Source: a virus (taxonomy: Duplodnaviria > Caudoviricetes). Taken from it: 64,000 bases of DNA. Shown here piece after piece: positions 28,950 to 39,364 of the stretch. How positions within the stretch are numbered: position 1 is the first letter of the stretch; each line of letters opens with the position of its first letter. The translations under genes and the position numbers were made by a program. The notes beneath the pieces were generated by a model. The model searched no databases and was not told the DNA's origin. It saw only the letters and a program-made list of their open reading frames with translations. The stretch lies in the IMG/VR virus record IMGVR_UViG_3300031998_000003, positions 64,001 to 128,000 of that record; one strand, 5' to 3'.

Positions 28950-29696
28950 TTATTTCCGTTCTTTCAATTCTAAGATACAGTCACGCCGACGCTGAAGTGT
29001 CCGGCGTACTTTTCTCAGCTCCGTAGGATCTTTGATTTGTTGCATGTGGCGATCAGCCGCAGCATCAAATAACCTGATATCAACTCCGCGAAGAGAAACC
29101 GTATTCATGATCGCAATCCGTTTATTCAACGGAACTCCGATCGCCTCCAGCCAACGTTCAAAATTGTTCGGAAGATCAGGTATAAACACATTACCCGCTG
29201 CGAGCCATGCCATCAGGAACATGTGATTCGGTATATCATCAATCTTTGTACTGGAATTATCCTCATTATCAGCAACAGGATGAATAGGATGAGATGACGC
29301 AATCTCAATCCACCCACCACTTGGTGCAATATAACCTTTTTCTTCGAGAGATGTCCCGGTCAGAAAATATCCGAGTATTTGTGTATGACCTTTGTCACAG
29401 AGTATTGTTGTTTGTGGATTGAAATCCGGATCAGTGTTTGCAAGATATACACGACCACCAGCTGCATCACAAGCTTTCCACATTTCGTACACATACGATG
29501 TATCTTTCTCAACTTCTTCGAGACAATATGCATACAGCTGATCTCTCTCAGACGGATTGAAAAGATAACCGTCAATTGTTGCAAAATCTCCTGTAAACGT
29601 GTCATTGATTTTGACAGGAATTTTGATAACAATCGGAGTTCTTTCAGTTAGCATTATTATCACCTCCAATTCGCGTTGGACCAACCGAGAATTCAT
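28950..29696 (-). CDS. Hypothetical protein
   Basis: Likely start MLTERT after SD GGAGGTG. Confidence 0.6.
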   Translation of the reverse strand: MNSRLVQRELEVIIMLTERTPIVIKIPVKINDTFTGDFATIDGYLFNPSERDQLYAYCLEEVEKDTSYVYEMWKACDAAGGRVYLANTDPDFNPQTTILCDKGHTQILGYFLTGTSLEEKGYIAPSGGWIEIASSHPIHPVADNEDNSSTKIDDIPNHMFLMAWLAAGNVFIPDLPNNFERWLEAIGVPLNKRIAIMNTVSLRGVDIRLFDAAADRHMQQIKDPTELRKVRRTLQRRRDCILELKERK

Positions 29697-30369
29697 TTAC
29701 AATTTCAACGATCTTGTCAATCCAATCATGGAACATCTTGACATTGCGTTCATCATTGAACAGCTCGGAAATCAATGCTTTGAAATCATCAATCGTATAT
29801 TGTCCTGCAAGTTTACAAGTGTTTTCTCCAGGATACCGGGATTGTATGAAGTTCTCGATATAATCGGTTGCTGTCTCGAAATCAAATAGAATTTCTTTGC
29901 AAGTGTCCATCTTATCCATACCAAGGCGAATGTTTACCCAGAACTGGATAATTTCATCGCCAAGCTTCGGCGAATCCATCACATCAAAATTGTAGAACAT
30001 TCCCAGCCGTAACCGATAAAGCTCCTCACCATTTGACGTGATTTCAGCTTCCCAAATCATATCCTCGTTGAAATCAGTTGATTCTTTGAGATTAATTGTG
30101 ATCGGTTCCGGATGAATCGGAATACCATCACAAATGTTTGTCGTCTCGTCGTAGTACTCGAACATCTTGCGACCGACAAGAATATGAGTTGCTTCATCAC
30201 ATTTAGCCACAGTCTCCTGAATTTTGTCAGCGACATTGTTCATTTGCGTCAGGATACTCTTAAAGTTTCCATACCATAATTCATTCATAAAAATACTCCT
30301 TTCAATGGGTGGGGCGTTGGCCCCACCCCTCAACTTAAAATGGCTTGAACAGATTATCCGGAACTTCAT
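29644..30369 (-). CDS. Hypothetical protein
   Basis: Likely start MNELWY after SD GAAAGGAG. Confidence 0.6.
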   Translation of the reverse strand: MKFRIICSSHFKLRGGANAPPIERSIFMNELWYGNFKSILTQMNNVADKIQETVAKCDEATHILVGRKMFEYYDETTNICDGIPIHPEPITINLKESTDFNEDMIWEAEITSNGEELYRLRLGMFYNFDVMDSPKLGDEIIQFWVNIRLGMDKMDTCKEILFDFETATDYIENFIQSRYPGENTCKLAGQYTIDDFKALISELFNDERNVKMFHDWIDKIVEIVNEFSVGPTRIGGDNNAN

Positions 30370-32233
30370 CCGGTGTGTAGATAGGAATGTTCAGCTTCTT
30401 TGCTCTGGATACTTTATCGGACTGGAAATTCTTGTCCTTTACGATCAATGCTTTCAAATCGTTTGTGAAACCACCGACCTCATAACCGTTGTCAACAAGC
30501 TGTTTTTCAAGCTCCTTATCACGGAACCCTGTGAAGCATACACGTCCAGCATAATTGCCCCATGGTGTTGTTGGTTTCAGCTTCTCCGGAATCCAAGACA
30601 TCAATGATTGAATCTCTTCTTTATTCCGAAGATATCCGTCAAAGATCTTTTGAATTTTGATCTTACCGACCGATGGAATGTAACCCGTATTCAGAATCAT
30701 CTCGGGGAAACTTCCATCGATCATTGCACGAATAATCGGTTCATCACCCAGAACACGAATAACTGCAGACCAGGTTTTTTCATCCGTATCATTGAATGGC
30801 ATTGCTCCAAGGAATCTTGCAAGGGTTGCTTCAGACAAAGCTTTATCAACCGACTTCACCATGTTGTCATATGATGTATACCCAAATCCTTCTGTTTGAG
30901 CAATGCAATCATCCCATTTTCGCAGATCATACAGATCTTCGATTTTAGTAACGAATTCATTGTCATACAACTTCGTCAGAACTCCTTCACCAAGTCCAAC
31001 CATTCTCATCTTTTCAGCATGGCGAATAATGGCACCCAGCTTCAATCCTTTACATTCAGGATTCTTACATCTGACAATGACGCCTGAATTGTAATCCAGA
31101 GCTGCACCACATATCGGACAATTTGTCGGCAGCGGTATTGGATAATCACCATCGTGATACGATTCCAGAAAATATGGTACGATGTTATACATGATTCGTA
31201 TCGTATCACCATGCCGAAGTTCCATAGATCTGACGCGATCGAGTGTCGACAACGTTGCATGATCAACCGATATTTTATCATCACAGAACTTCACGGTGTC
31301 GAATATTGCTACAGGTGTGATTCGACCCTGTTTACCAAACTGATAGTCGATCGACCGAAGCTTCGTTTCTTTGACATCGTTTAGAATCTTGATTGCAACT
31401 TCAAGTTCTGGATCGACAAATGTCGTAGATGGCTCTGTTGATGATTCGGAATTTATCGACGCAACAACACCATCAATCGAAAATGTCTGATCAAAGATTT
31501 TTGTCGTTGCAGATTCAGCCAATCGATCTTTGATGAATGCTCCGATTGAACTGAAATCGTCTGCAAACACATGCTCACAGATTTCATTCAATAATTTCGG
31601 GATATATTGTTTACCGCTAACGTATCCTCTTAACGGCACCAACGTGATGAATTGTGCCATTTCAATATTTCTGGATGTGATTGTTGCAGATACAACATCA
31701 CGTGGACGTTTATATGTGAGATTCAATGCATAATGCAGAAACTGTTCATGAGACAAAATTGCCTCGAACTTCATTGCAGTTGTTCCAGGTTGTGCAAATG
31801 ATTTGACTACTTCAAGATGGTGTTGGAATAATTCTGTCACGTCAACAGATTCACCATTATCATAGTCACCTCTGGTGAAGAATCGACCGGTTGTGAAATC
31901 AAGTGCAACTGAACATCCATCGAATTTCGGTTGCAATATGATTTTACATTGATCAAGTGCTGGATGTGACTTCATGTTTGTGTCAAGCCATTTCTTATAA
32001 GTCTTTTGACCCGGACGCCAAGGCTCTGTCACACCATATGCTTTCGGAAGTGTGCCAACTATATCATTTACATCCGATGATTGTTTCTGTCGATTGAACG
32101 GACGTGCGGATTCTCCACCGTTCTCTTTCAAATATTCTTCGAGTAATGTATCATACTCTTCATCAGAAATCAATGGATGACCCTGATCATAAGCTTTGAT
32201 GTACTCGTCAAGTTGTTCTTTTGAAATCGCCAT
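30335..32233 (-). CDS. ligA: NAD-dependent DNA ligase
   Basis: ISDEEYD, QPKFDG adenylation motif, TRGD, IDGVV, GKQGRITP, Zn finger CPIC...CKNPEC, HhH, BRCT (VCFTG). Confidence 0.95.
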   Translation of the reverse strand: MAISKEQLDEYIKAYDQGHPLISDEEYDTLLEEYLKENGGESARPFNRQKQSSDVNDIVGTLPKAYGVTEPWRPGQKTYKKWLDTNMKSHPALDQCKIILQPKFDGCSVALDFTTGRFFTRGDYDNGESVDVTELFQHHLEVVKSFAQPGTTAMKFEAILSHEQFLHYALNLTYKRPRDVVSATITSRNIEMAQFITLVPLRGYVSGKQYIPKLLNEICEHVFADDFSSIGAFIKDRLAESATTKIFDQTFSIDGVVASINSESSTEPSTTFVDPELEVAIKILNDVKETKLRSIDYQFGKQGRITPVAIFDTVKFCDDKISVDHATLSTLDRVRSMELRHGDTIRIMYNIVPYFLESYHDGDYPIPLPTNCPICGAALDYNSGVIVRCKNPECKGLKLGAIIRHAEKMRMVGLGEGVLTKLYDNEFVTKIEDLYDLRKWDDCIAQTEGFGYTSYDNMVKSVDKALSEATLARFLGAMPFNDTDEKTWSAVIRVLGDEPIIRAMIDGSFPEMILNTGYIPSVGKIKIQKIFDGYLRNKEEIQSLMSWIPEKLKPTTPWGNYAGRVCFTGFRDKELEKQLVDNGYEVGGFTNDLKALIVKDKNFQSDKVSRAKKLNIPIYTPDEVPDNLFKPF

Positions 32234-32285
32234 ATGTTCCTCCAATAAAATAGATTAGGGTGGGGCATTCGCCCCACCCATATCA

Positions 32286-32579
32286 TTAGATCAATTTAGA
32301 ACCGAACAGTTCATTCGGACCAATTGGATGATCGGGTTCATGCATCAGATTCGTATTCTGCATGGCCCACGGAGACATGTTGCCTTCCATTCGCGAAGGA
32401 CGTCCTTCGTTGTCGAATTCAACGGGAAACGGTTTTCCAGTGCCAACAGGTAACAGACCTCTCTCCATATCACTAAGGATTGCAGCGAAATCACTTGTTG
32501 ACACATACACATGCGCCGGTGTCAATTCGCGAGTGTGGAATTGCGTTTCGTTTTTCGAATAGATTATTTCCATACGCAT
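32286..32579 (-). CDS. Hypothetical protein
   Basis: SD AAGGAGG; preceded by TATATCATTA motif at 32595-32604. Confidence 0.6.
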   Translation of the reverse strand: MRMEIIYSKNETQFHTRELTPAHVYVSTSDFAAILSDMERGLLPVGTGKPFPVEFDNEGRPSRMEGNMSPWAMQNTNLMHEPDHPIGPNELFGSKLI

Positions 32580-32629
32580 TCCCTCCTTTCACCTTAATGA
32601 TATATGTCTTTGATTATAGATATTTATTA

Positions 32630-34378
32630 TCATCTGAAGAAGCTTCGTTTCGCACTACCGGGGTTAACAGATGCATATTTACCGACTCTATCAGTATAAT
32701 TCTGAGCACGTGCTGCAAGTTTAGGATCGTTCTTGATATCAGCTTGGTCAGCAGTTTCCGTCTCACTATATACTTTGTTACAAACATGAATGATCTCCTG
32801 GATGTCAGATGTGAAGCACTTGCAGAACTTCGAACAAGAATCAACACAAGCTTTCATACCTTTATAAGCAATATCATTCTTTGTAGCAAGTTTGTTGTAT
32901 TGGCTTGCTGCTTGATTGCGCTGATCAGTAACGTTATTCAAGTTTGCCTGCATTTCAGCCATCATCTTCTTCCAGCTATCAGCAAGAGCAAACAACGTGT
33001 TGACGTAGTTACTACTTTTTGCAGCACCAGTCTTGTCTTCAGAGTATCCTGTCAAATTCGTAAACAGAATTTGCTTTTGCATTTCGTCTGCCGGTACTGG
33101 AATCTTGGTTCTCATCAAATCAAGTCTATCAAGAATGATAATACCTGATGGGATGTCTCGACTACATGTCTGAACCTGTGGATCATTCTTGTATACTTGA
33201 TATTTTTGTGCTTGTTCACCGGATACATGTGTTACTTGGATCGGTTTCAATCCAGACATAGCCATGTTTCCTGGATCATTTTTGTTTACAAGTGTTCTCT
33301 TCTTGAGATCAGTGACACACTTATTATGCAATGACTCAATCAGAACCTGCCATTTGTATACTTCCGGTGTGACAGTATAACTACCTGTGTTCAGGTATGT
33401 TGGATTGAAGTACAGATGAATACCTTGTTGGAAGATTGCAGCCCATCCATTTTCCTTTACGAAGTTGGATGCTACGTTCATACGGTTTCTGAACTTATTG
33501 AACAACTTACGGAACTTGTTCACCGTGTTGAAAATGAAAGTGATTGCCTTTCCGAGCAGATTGCCGAGAAGTCTGAACGGGTTGATGGATGTTGCAATAT
33601 TCCATGTACGTTCAGCAGTACCGAACTCTTCTTGGAAAATAGTAGACTCAAGAATCATTGAAATGGTTCCGTTCATTTCAGTTCTGTCGGAGGACTCGAG
33701 AATCATGTTGGTTGTAATCTCGATCAACTCGAATGTTTCCTGAAGATTCTTGATATCGGATTCGAGTTCCTTTGTAGCATCCTCAAAGCTCATATCATCG
33801 TCGTCCGTTGTCACACGAATATGACACTTATCAACCGCGGTTTGCATCGCAGTCTCTTCATCCATACCCATCTCAAGAAGTTCCTCATATTCCTTTTTAA
33901 CCTCAGGATCTTTCGGAACATATTTCTCACCGGTCAGTTCAGACTTTGCAAAGAGTAGTTGCTCCATATGGAAACGTTCTTCATTACCGATATCAGCATA
34001 CAGACGACGAAGAACATCTGTATTGGTTTCTTTGGCGGCATCCAGATATTCACCCAGTGCATCTGCTTCAGAAGCCATTAGCTTCATTAAAGTTTCAACA
34101 TCCTTTGGATCATAATCATTTTGGACATCACCGGTATCCGAACCAAATTGACCGAGTTCCACATCATTTGGATCCATGTCTTCGGTTTCTTTAAACTTCT
34201 TCAGATCATCGTCGGACATGCGTCCTTCCAGGTATCCAGGAAGTTCATCGTTTTCGCTTGTAGGCTCCTTATCTTTGTCAAGATCGAGATCACCAACCTT
34301 GATTTCGAGATCCTTCGATGTCAACATGTCTTCTTCTTGATAGAATCCTGGACGACGGAAACGATTAAAATCACTCAT
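32630..34378 (-). CDS. Probable virion protein with ferritin-like domain
   Basis: Acidic N-terminus; EADALGEY...DIGNEERFH ferritin-like di-iron pattern; xQE/xLES motifs; start MSDFNR after AAGGAGG. Confidence 0.65.
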   Translation of the reverse strand: MSDFNRFRRPGFYQEEDMLTSKDLEIKVGDLDLDKDKEPTSENDELPGYLEGRMSDDDLKKFKETEDMDPNDVELGQFGSDTGDVQNDYDPKDVETLMKLMASEADALGEYLDAAKETNTDVLRRLYADIGNEERFHMEQLLFAKSELTGEKYVPKDPEVKKEYEELLEMGMDEETAMQTAVDKCHIRVTTDDDDMSFEDATKELESDIKNLQETFELIEITTNMILESSDRTEMNGTISMILESTIFQEEFGTAERTWNIATSINPFRLLGNLLGKAITFIFNTVNKFRKLFNKFRNRMNVASNFVKENGWAAIFQQGIHLYFNPTYLNTGSYTVTPEVYKWQVLIESLHNKCVTDLKKRTLVNKNDPGNMAMSGLKPIQVTHVSGEQAQKYQVYKNDPQVQTCSRDIPSGIIILDRLDLMRTKIPVPADEMQKQILFTNLTGYSEDKTGAAKSSNYVNTLFALADSWKKMMAEMQANLNNVTDQRNQAASQYNKLATKNDIAYKGMKACVDSCSKFCKCFTSDIQEIIHVCNKVYSETETADQADIKNDPKLAARAQNYTDRVGKYASVNPGSAKRSFFR

Positions 34379-34391
34379 ACGTATTCCTCCT

Positions 34392-35609
34392 TTATTTACG
34401 TTGGGACTTCTCGAATTGCTCAATTCGTTGAAGTTTCCGTTTGGCTTTTGCAAGCTGATCTTTTGACAACTTGCCAGAATCAATCTGTTGTTTCAGTTGC
34501 TCCTTAGAAAGTTGACGTTGTTTCGTTGCATTTGCATCGAGTTGCTTTTGACGTTTTTCATATTGCTGTTGTGCATATTCACCACGCTTCTGATGCGCGA
34601 ATACCATTTCATCTTCATCTCTAGGAACTAATTCAAGTTGTCCTCTGGCAGTACGAGCTTTATTTATCCGAGCAGCATCGCGTTGATTATTTTTTGCATC
34701 GCGTCTTAAATGACGAAGCTGTGTATCACCTTTTGCATATCTGTTATACAATTCACTATAAGCATCTGCGTCATATTCAGCGGGATCTAAATCATGGTCT
34801 GTCTCAATTTTGTCCCAAAAATCATCTGGCATATTATCAAGATATGATTTTGCTTCGTTACGCCGGCGCAGACCTTCCGAACCAGATTTCCAAAGCTCCT
34901 TACCACTTTCAAAATCATATACTTTATCTGGTGCTTGTGCAGCATGTCCTTCTTCATGCTTATATGTTGCATTTGCGTAAGCTGGCTTCTGTTGAATGCT
35001 TCTTGGTTGCATATTGATACTGTCCGTATCCACTTGTCCATATCGCTTCAGTTTACCATTAACCCTCATTTGATATGCTGCATCAACATGTTGGTTAGCT
35101 GCATGTGGATTGATTGTAAATGGCACACGTTTCTTTTGTCCGGGGTTATTCTTATCATTGATATCCGTGAGAATTGTTTCTGTTTTGGGGTCATATCCGT
35201 TTTCACGAAGGAATTTGTTCATACGGTTCCGTTCTTTGTTTGAGCCGATCTTTCCAGCGGATATGCGCTTGCCAGGACGATTCGGATCTTCGATAGTGTT
35301 AGTTTTAGGATCATACTTGTGTTTTTTCAAATATTCGTCATATGGACCATAAGCTGCTTCCTGAATAATGTCATCGTCATATGAGTCAAGCAGAATACCA
35401 AACTCGTTGATAGCTTCGTCATGTGCGTCAGGGTCATCGAATAACGCATTATGATATTCGGATACGTAGAACAAAGAGTCTCCAAGCTGAACAAACCAGT
35501 CACATTCTTCGAAGACTTCATCTTCTACGATGGTAGACTCTGCCTCAACGACAGAGTCCACCGGATAATCATAATGAGATTTACAAAATCTCTTTGGTAT
35601 ATCAGACAT
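34392..35609 (-). CDS. Probable virion protein with zincin metallopeptidase-like motif
   Basis: Acidic leader ending IIQEAA; HEEGH plus downstream EYDADAY. Confidence 0.6.
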   Translation of the reverse strand: MSDIPKRFCKSHYDYPVDSVVEAESTIVEDEVFEECDWFVQLGDSLFYVSEYHNALFDDPDAHDEAINEFGILLDSYDDDIIQEAAYGPYDEYLKKHKYDPKTNTIEDPNRPGKRISAGKIGSNKERNRMNKFLRENGYDPKTETILTDINDKNNPGQKKRVPFTINPHAANQHVDAAYQMRVNGKLKRYGQVDTDSINMQPRSIQQKPAYANATYKHEEGHAAQAPDKVYDFESGKELWKSGSEGLRRRNEAKSYLDNMPDDFWDKIETDHDLDPAEYDADAYSELYNRYAKGDTQLRHLRRDAKNNQRDAARINKARTARGQLELVPRDEDEMVFAHQKRGEYAQQQYEKRQKQLDANATKQRQLSKEQLKQQIDSGKLSKDQLAKAKRKLQRIEQFEKSQRK

Positions 35610-38600
35610 AATGTCCCTCCTTGTGATGGTATCCCGAGAATCTTGCTGGAATCACAAAACTCTCTTGTTTAACATTCTCAGCTTCTCCGTCGTAAATCAT
35701 TTTACCAGACATAATTGTCTGCATGAATTCTTTGATGGGAGTACCGTAATCGATTTTTGTATCGGTGTAATCCCATACACCAAAGTTACCGGATTTCCCT
35801 TCATAATCAGCCATGCATTCTGCAACGTAATCAAAGATGTCATTGAGTTTGTCAAATGTCTTTTGACGTTCATAACCCCATTCATCAGTGACACGTTTGA
35901 ATGCTTGTTCGATGTATATGTACTTTCCATTGAGTGAAACAACACAAATAGTATGGGTTCCGAGCATCTCGTTCTTTTTATCGGTGAATGACATGAAGTA
36001 TTTTTTGTATGCTACACCGAAGGCTTCGAGGTATCCTGCTTCATATTCGACCATGTCGTAGCAGTTACCACCGCCAGCTTCATCGACTTCCTGACCAGTA
36101 TGGAATACCCAGTACTTTTCATAATCTGATTCAGAAACGTCTCCGCTTTGCAATCTACCATTTCTGATCAGACCATACTTGAACTTCTTCAGATCGATAC
36201 AAAGATCAGCAATGACATTTTCGGGAGAGTAATCGAACTTCGTTCCTTTTGCAAGGACCTTCGGTTTGACAACCCAGTGCCATTTGTATGTGAAGTAATT
36301 GCGGTCACCCTTTTCGCCTTTGGATGTTGGGACCACTGGCTTTCGTTTCACATTGGATACCTGATCGACACGAATAACACCGTACAGCTTCATGCGAACT
36401 GGTTCCATGATCCAAACTTCGCGCGTGACATTTGCATCATACACGAGCTTATCCTTAACCAGTTCTTTGTTGGTCTTATGCTTATACTGTTTCCACGGTT
36501 TCTCTGGAATGTATACATAAAGCTTGTCGAACTGATCTGGATTTTGTCTCGGAAGATTGACGGTGATTCCGTTCAGACAACCTTCGATAGATGTTGAGAA
36601 GCAGATGCGTGGAGTCGTGTTATCCTCAAATCCAGTTTCTTCCGGATTGTATGGATCCAGATAGTCAGGAACACGGGGTTTCCATACCTGACCGTCAGCA
36701 TGTTTCTCCGGTGTTACATGAAATACCATCTTATCTGAATATGGATTAACACCATTCTTGAGATCCTGAAAGGCACCTTCTTGGGTGATCAGCGGTTTTT
36801 CTAACATCCTATCAGTTATAAGTAAGCCGCCTAGACCACCGCCCATTTCAGTTATTTCGATATTTTTGTTTATCAAGTATCCGAATCCATGCTCGTCATC
36901 ATATTTGAATTCACACTCAACAAGGAAAAATGGTATTCCGGAATCAGTATAATCGAATATGATTAATGTTGGCTTAATGACATCCATGGCATCAGACATT
37001 TTTAAGCCTTCAATTTCCGAAATATTATCACCATCACATTCTTTGTCGTATGATATCATCAAAAGCTTTGCTTCTTCGAAACAAGCTTTATTGAAAATAT
37101 CCTTGGATTTTGTGATGATATCAGGAATCATCTGACTGAGATCCTCGTATACAGTATCATGGTCAAAACTATCATTCAATGTTTCGACTGGTACAGTGAC
37201 AGAATGTCCAAAATAGTTTAACGAAACCTGACCAATCGTCACAAATTGAGCATTCTCTTGTATTGTACCTTCTTGGAATGGAACGCAACCATATGTTTTA
37301 CCGCATGATTCACATGTATAGATTGGCTCGCCTTTCATTGCGATTGATATATTACCACCACAATCACATTTCTTCATGACAGCCATACCATCGTCATTGA
37401 ATCCAAGGACATCGTCTTTATATTTTGCGAAGTGACCCGATTCAAAAACATTCGTGGATTCTTGTGTCAGTTTAGAACGATCGTACTTCATCCAGTATTC
37501 TTCATGAGGCGGATCATACCATACACCTTTCTTATAGATCTCGAAACCATAATCGAGATACAGATGTACTGCCGGTTCATTATCACAACGAACTGTGAGA
37601 TCTTCACCACCAAATCGGCGTACAGCATCATCAATCAGAATCCATCCATATCCTTGACGACGATAGCTTGGGGTGACTTCAATATTGAAAATGAATCCTT
37701 TATTCTTTTTGGTAGTATGCACAAATGCATGACCGATGGCTTCACCAGTTTCACGGTTAACAAGGAATTCACCATTGGTCGCTTTGTGCATGTCTTCCCA
37801 GTATTGACTCAATTCAGGATCTTCTTTCAGATACTTCAAACCTTCTTCAGATGGCACAAGCACACGTCTGAATCTGGGATCAGAATCATCTCCAGGAGCC
37901 AACATTCCATGGTCACGCATGTACGGAATGTCCAAGGAATTCTTCCATGGTATCACATTCGCAGGATTGTTGACATCGTTGAAAAGTTCCGTGTTAAACG
38001 GTCTTGTGTCCAGACGTACCATATATGAGTTCTTGAAGTTTATATCTCTGAAGTAGTTATGTGATGAATCTGATTCATCGATTTCTTTCAATAGATCAGC
38101 TTGTGCATCCATTATGTATGCATAATCATTGATGTTTACAACCAGAAATTCATGACCGCCTGTTGAATCTTTCCAGTTGACGTGTACATACCATCTTGAA
38201 TCAACATTGCCACGAACCTTTTTGATGACATCTCTCTGAGACACGAAAGATTCCTTAATCGGATTCATAACAATATCTTCACCGTGGTGATGTCCGTTAC
38301 CGGGTAATGCTGGATCACGGGGTGAATAGATCGGGCGTGGTAATGCATTGATTCCACGATACCGTGCTTCAGCACACCATGTACACAGTTCACAGTTCTG
38401 ATTTCCTGTCGGTGGTTTGGAATCCTTTTCAACTTGAGCTGAGATTTCCTTCACGATCTTCTGGGCAAATAGAAATGGTTCCGCTTTCATATCCCGTTTA
38501 CCGATCGCTTCTGCATGTGCAACACCAATTCTTTTGACACGAGATAACAACTCGTCATCTTCCTCAGTTGTCATGGAAACACCTGACGACATTTGACTGG

Positions 38601-38955
38601 AAGTTGCTGCAAGCTTTTGAGCAAGCTCCTCATTTGCTTCATCATAATATGGAGCCATTGTACGAGGTGGTGAATTACCAATACTCGTACCGTCACTCAT
38701 CGGTGGTACTTGTTCGGTTACACCAGCAACTTTGTTAGCTGCGTGTAGTTTTGATGTATCCATACCCTCTTCCTCTGCACGATGACGAATTTTGCGTGCA
38801 AGCGCTTTTTTCTCTTCTGGTGTAATATCACCATTATTGATGAGATTGTTTGCAGATTTGATCTCATGAGGATTACGGAGAGGGTATTTATCTTTACCGG
38901 GAACACCCATTTCACTGTCAGGTATTTCCCGCCGTTCTTTTGCGGATATTGACAT
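35602..38955 (-). CDS. Polyvalent multi-enzyme protein (DUF6582, papain-fold, GNAT, Zn finger, DUF6985-like, ART-like, transglutaminase-like)
   Basis: KERREIPDSEMG..KYPL; QNCELC...GGHEF...MDAQ; IEVTPSYRRQGYG...NEPAVHLY; DDEHGFG; FHVT..PRVP..PRICFSTSI; GNCYD...HT...YIE. Confidence 0.75.
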   Translation of the reverse strand: MSISAKERREIPDSEMGVPGKDKYPLRNPHEIKSANNLINNGDITPEEKKALARKIRHRAEEEGMDTSKLHAANKVAGVTEQVPPMSDGTSIGNSPPRTMAPYYDEANEELAQKLAATSSQMSSGVSMTTEEDDELLSRVKRIGVAHAEAIGKRDMKAEPFLFAQKIVKEISAQVEKDSKPPTGNQNCELCTWCAEARYRGINALPRPIYSPRDPALPGNGHHHGEDIVMNPIKESFVSQRDVIKKVRGNVDSRWYVHVNWKDSTGGHEFLVVNINDYAYIMDAQADLLKEIDESDSSHNYFRDINFKNSYMVRLDTRPFNTELFNDVNNPANVIPWKNSLDIPYMRDHGMLAPGDDSDPRFRRVLVPSEEGLKYLKEDPELSQYWEDMHKATNGEFLVNRETGEAIGHAFVHTTKKNKGFIFNIEVTPSYRRQGYGWILIDDAVRRFGGEDLTVRCDNEPAVHLYLDYGFEIYKKGVWYDPPHEEYWMKYDRSKLTQESTNVFESGHFAKYKDDVLGFNDDGMAVMKKCDCGGNISIAMKGEPIYTCESCGKTYGCVPFQEGTIQENAQFVTIGQVSLNYFGHSVTVPVETLNDSFDHDTVYEDLSQMIPDIITKSKDIFNKACFEEAKLLMISYDKECDGDNISEIEGLKMSDAMDVIKPTLIIFDYTDSGIPFFLVECEFKYDDEHGFGYLINKNIEITEMGGGLGGLLITDRMLEKPLITQEGAFQDLKNGVNPYSDKMVFHVTPEKHADGQVWKPRVPDYLDPYNPEETGFEDNTTPRICFSTSIEGCLNGITVNLPRQNPDQFDKLYVYIPEKPWKQYKHKTNKELVKDKLVYDANVTREVWIMEPVRMKLYGVIRVDQVSNVKRKPVVPTSKGEKGDRNYFTYKWHWVVKPKVLAKGTKFDYSPENVIADLCIDLKKFKYGLIRNGRLQSGDVSESDYEKYWVFHTGQEVDEAGGGNCYDMVEYEAGYLEAFGVAYKKYFMSFTDKKNEMLGTHTICVVSLNGKYIYIEQAFKRVTDEWGYERQKTFDKLNDIFDYVAECMADYEGKSGNFGVWDYTDTKIDYGTPIKEFMQTIMSGKMIYDGEAENVKQESFVIPARFSGYHHKEGHYV

Positions 38956-38982
38956 AACTACGCTCCTTTCCGGAATTAAAGT

Positions 38983-38994
38983 TACAGAAACGTT
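38983..38994 (-). promoter_or_regulatory. Putative late promoter AAC-N7-TA
   Basis: AACGTTTCTGTA on minus strand, downstream of terminator 39016-39039. Confidence 0.5.
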
Positions 38995-39073
38995 TTCGAT
39001 TAACATACAAAGATCAGGCGGGGGCAAACGCCCCCGCCTCATCTTCCGTGTTAATTAGATCATCAAGATAGCA

Positions 39074-39346
39074 TTAGTCGAAGAAACGACCCGGCTTCGG
39101 AGAGGTTGCCGGCTCCGGCTGCTTGTAGCCGAGTGCGAGATCAGATTCCTCGATCTCCATATCGAACTGGCCACTCTGCAGACCGTTGTTTCCACCGGAA
39201 ACGATTGCATCAGGATTGAACTGGGTGAACTTCTCATTGAACAGATCAGAATAGCGAGAAGAAGATGCCATGTAGCTCTCCTGGGTGACTTCGCCTTGAG
39301 TCTCATCGAAGGTGGACTCAGGCACGTAATCAAACAGTTTTGCCAT
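39074..39346 (-). CDS. Small acidic probable virion protein
   Basis: VTQES motif; biased codon usage; SD AAGGAG. Confidence 0.6.
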   Translation of the reverse strand: MAKLFDYVPESTFDETQGEVTQESYMASSSRYSDLFNEKFTQFNPDAIVSGGNNGLQSGQFDMEIEESDLALGYKQPEPATSPKPGRFFD

Positions 39347-39364
39347 GATTATGATTCTCCTTTA

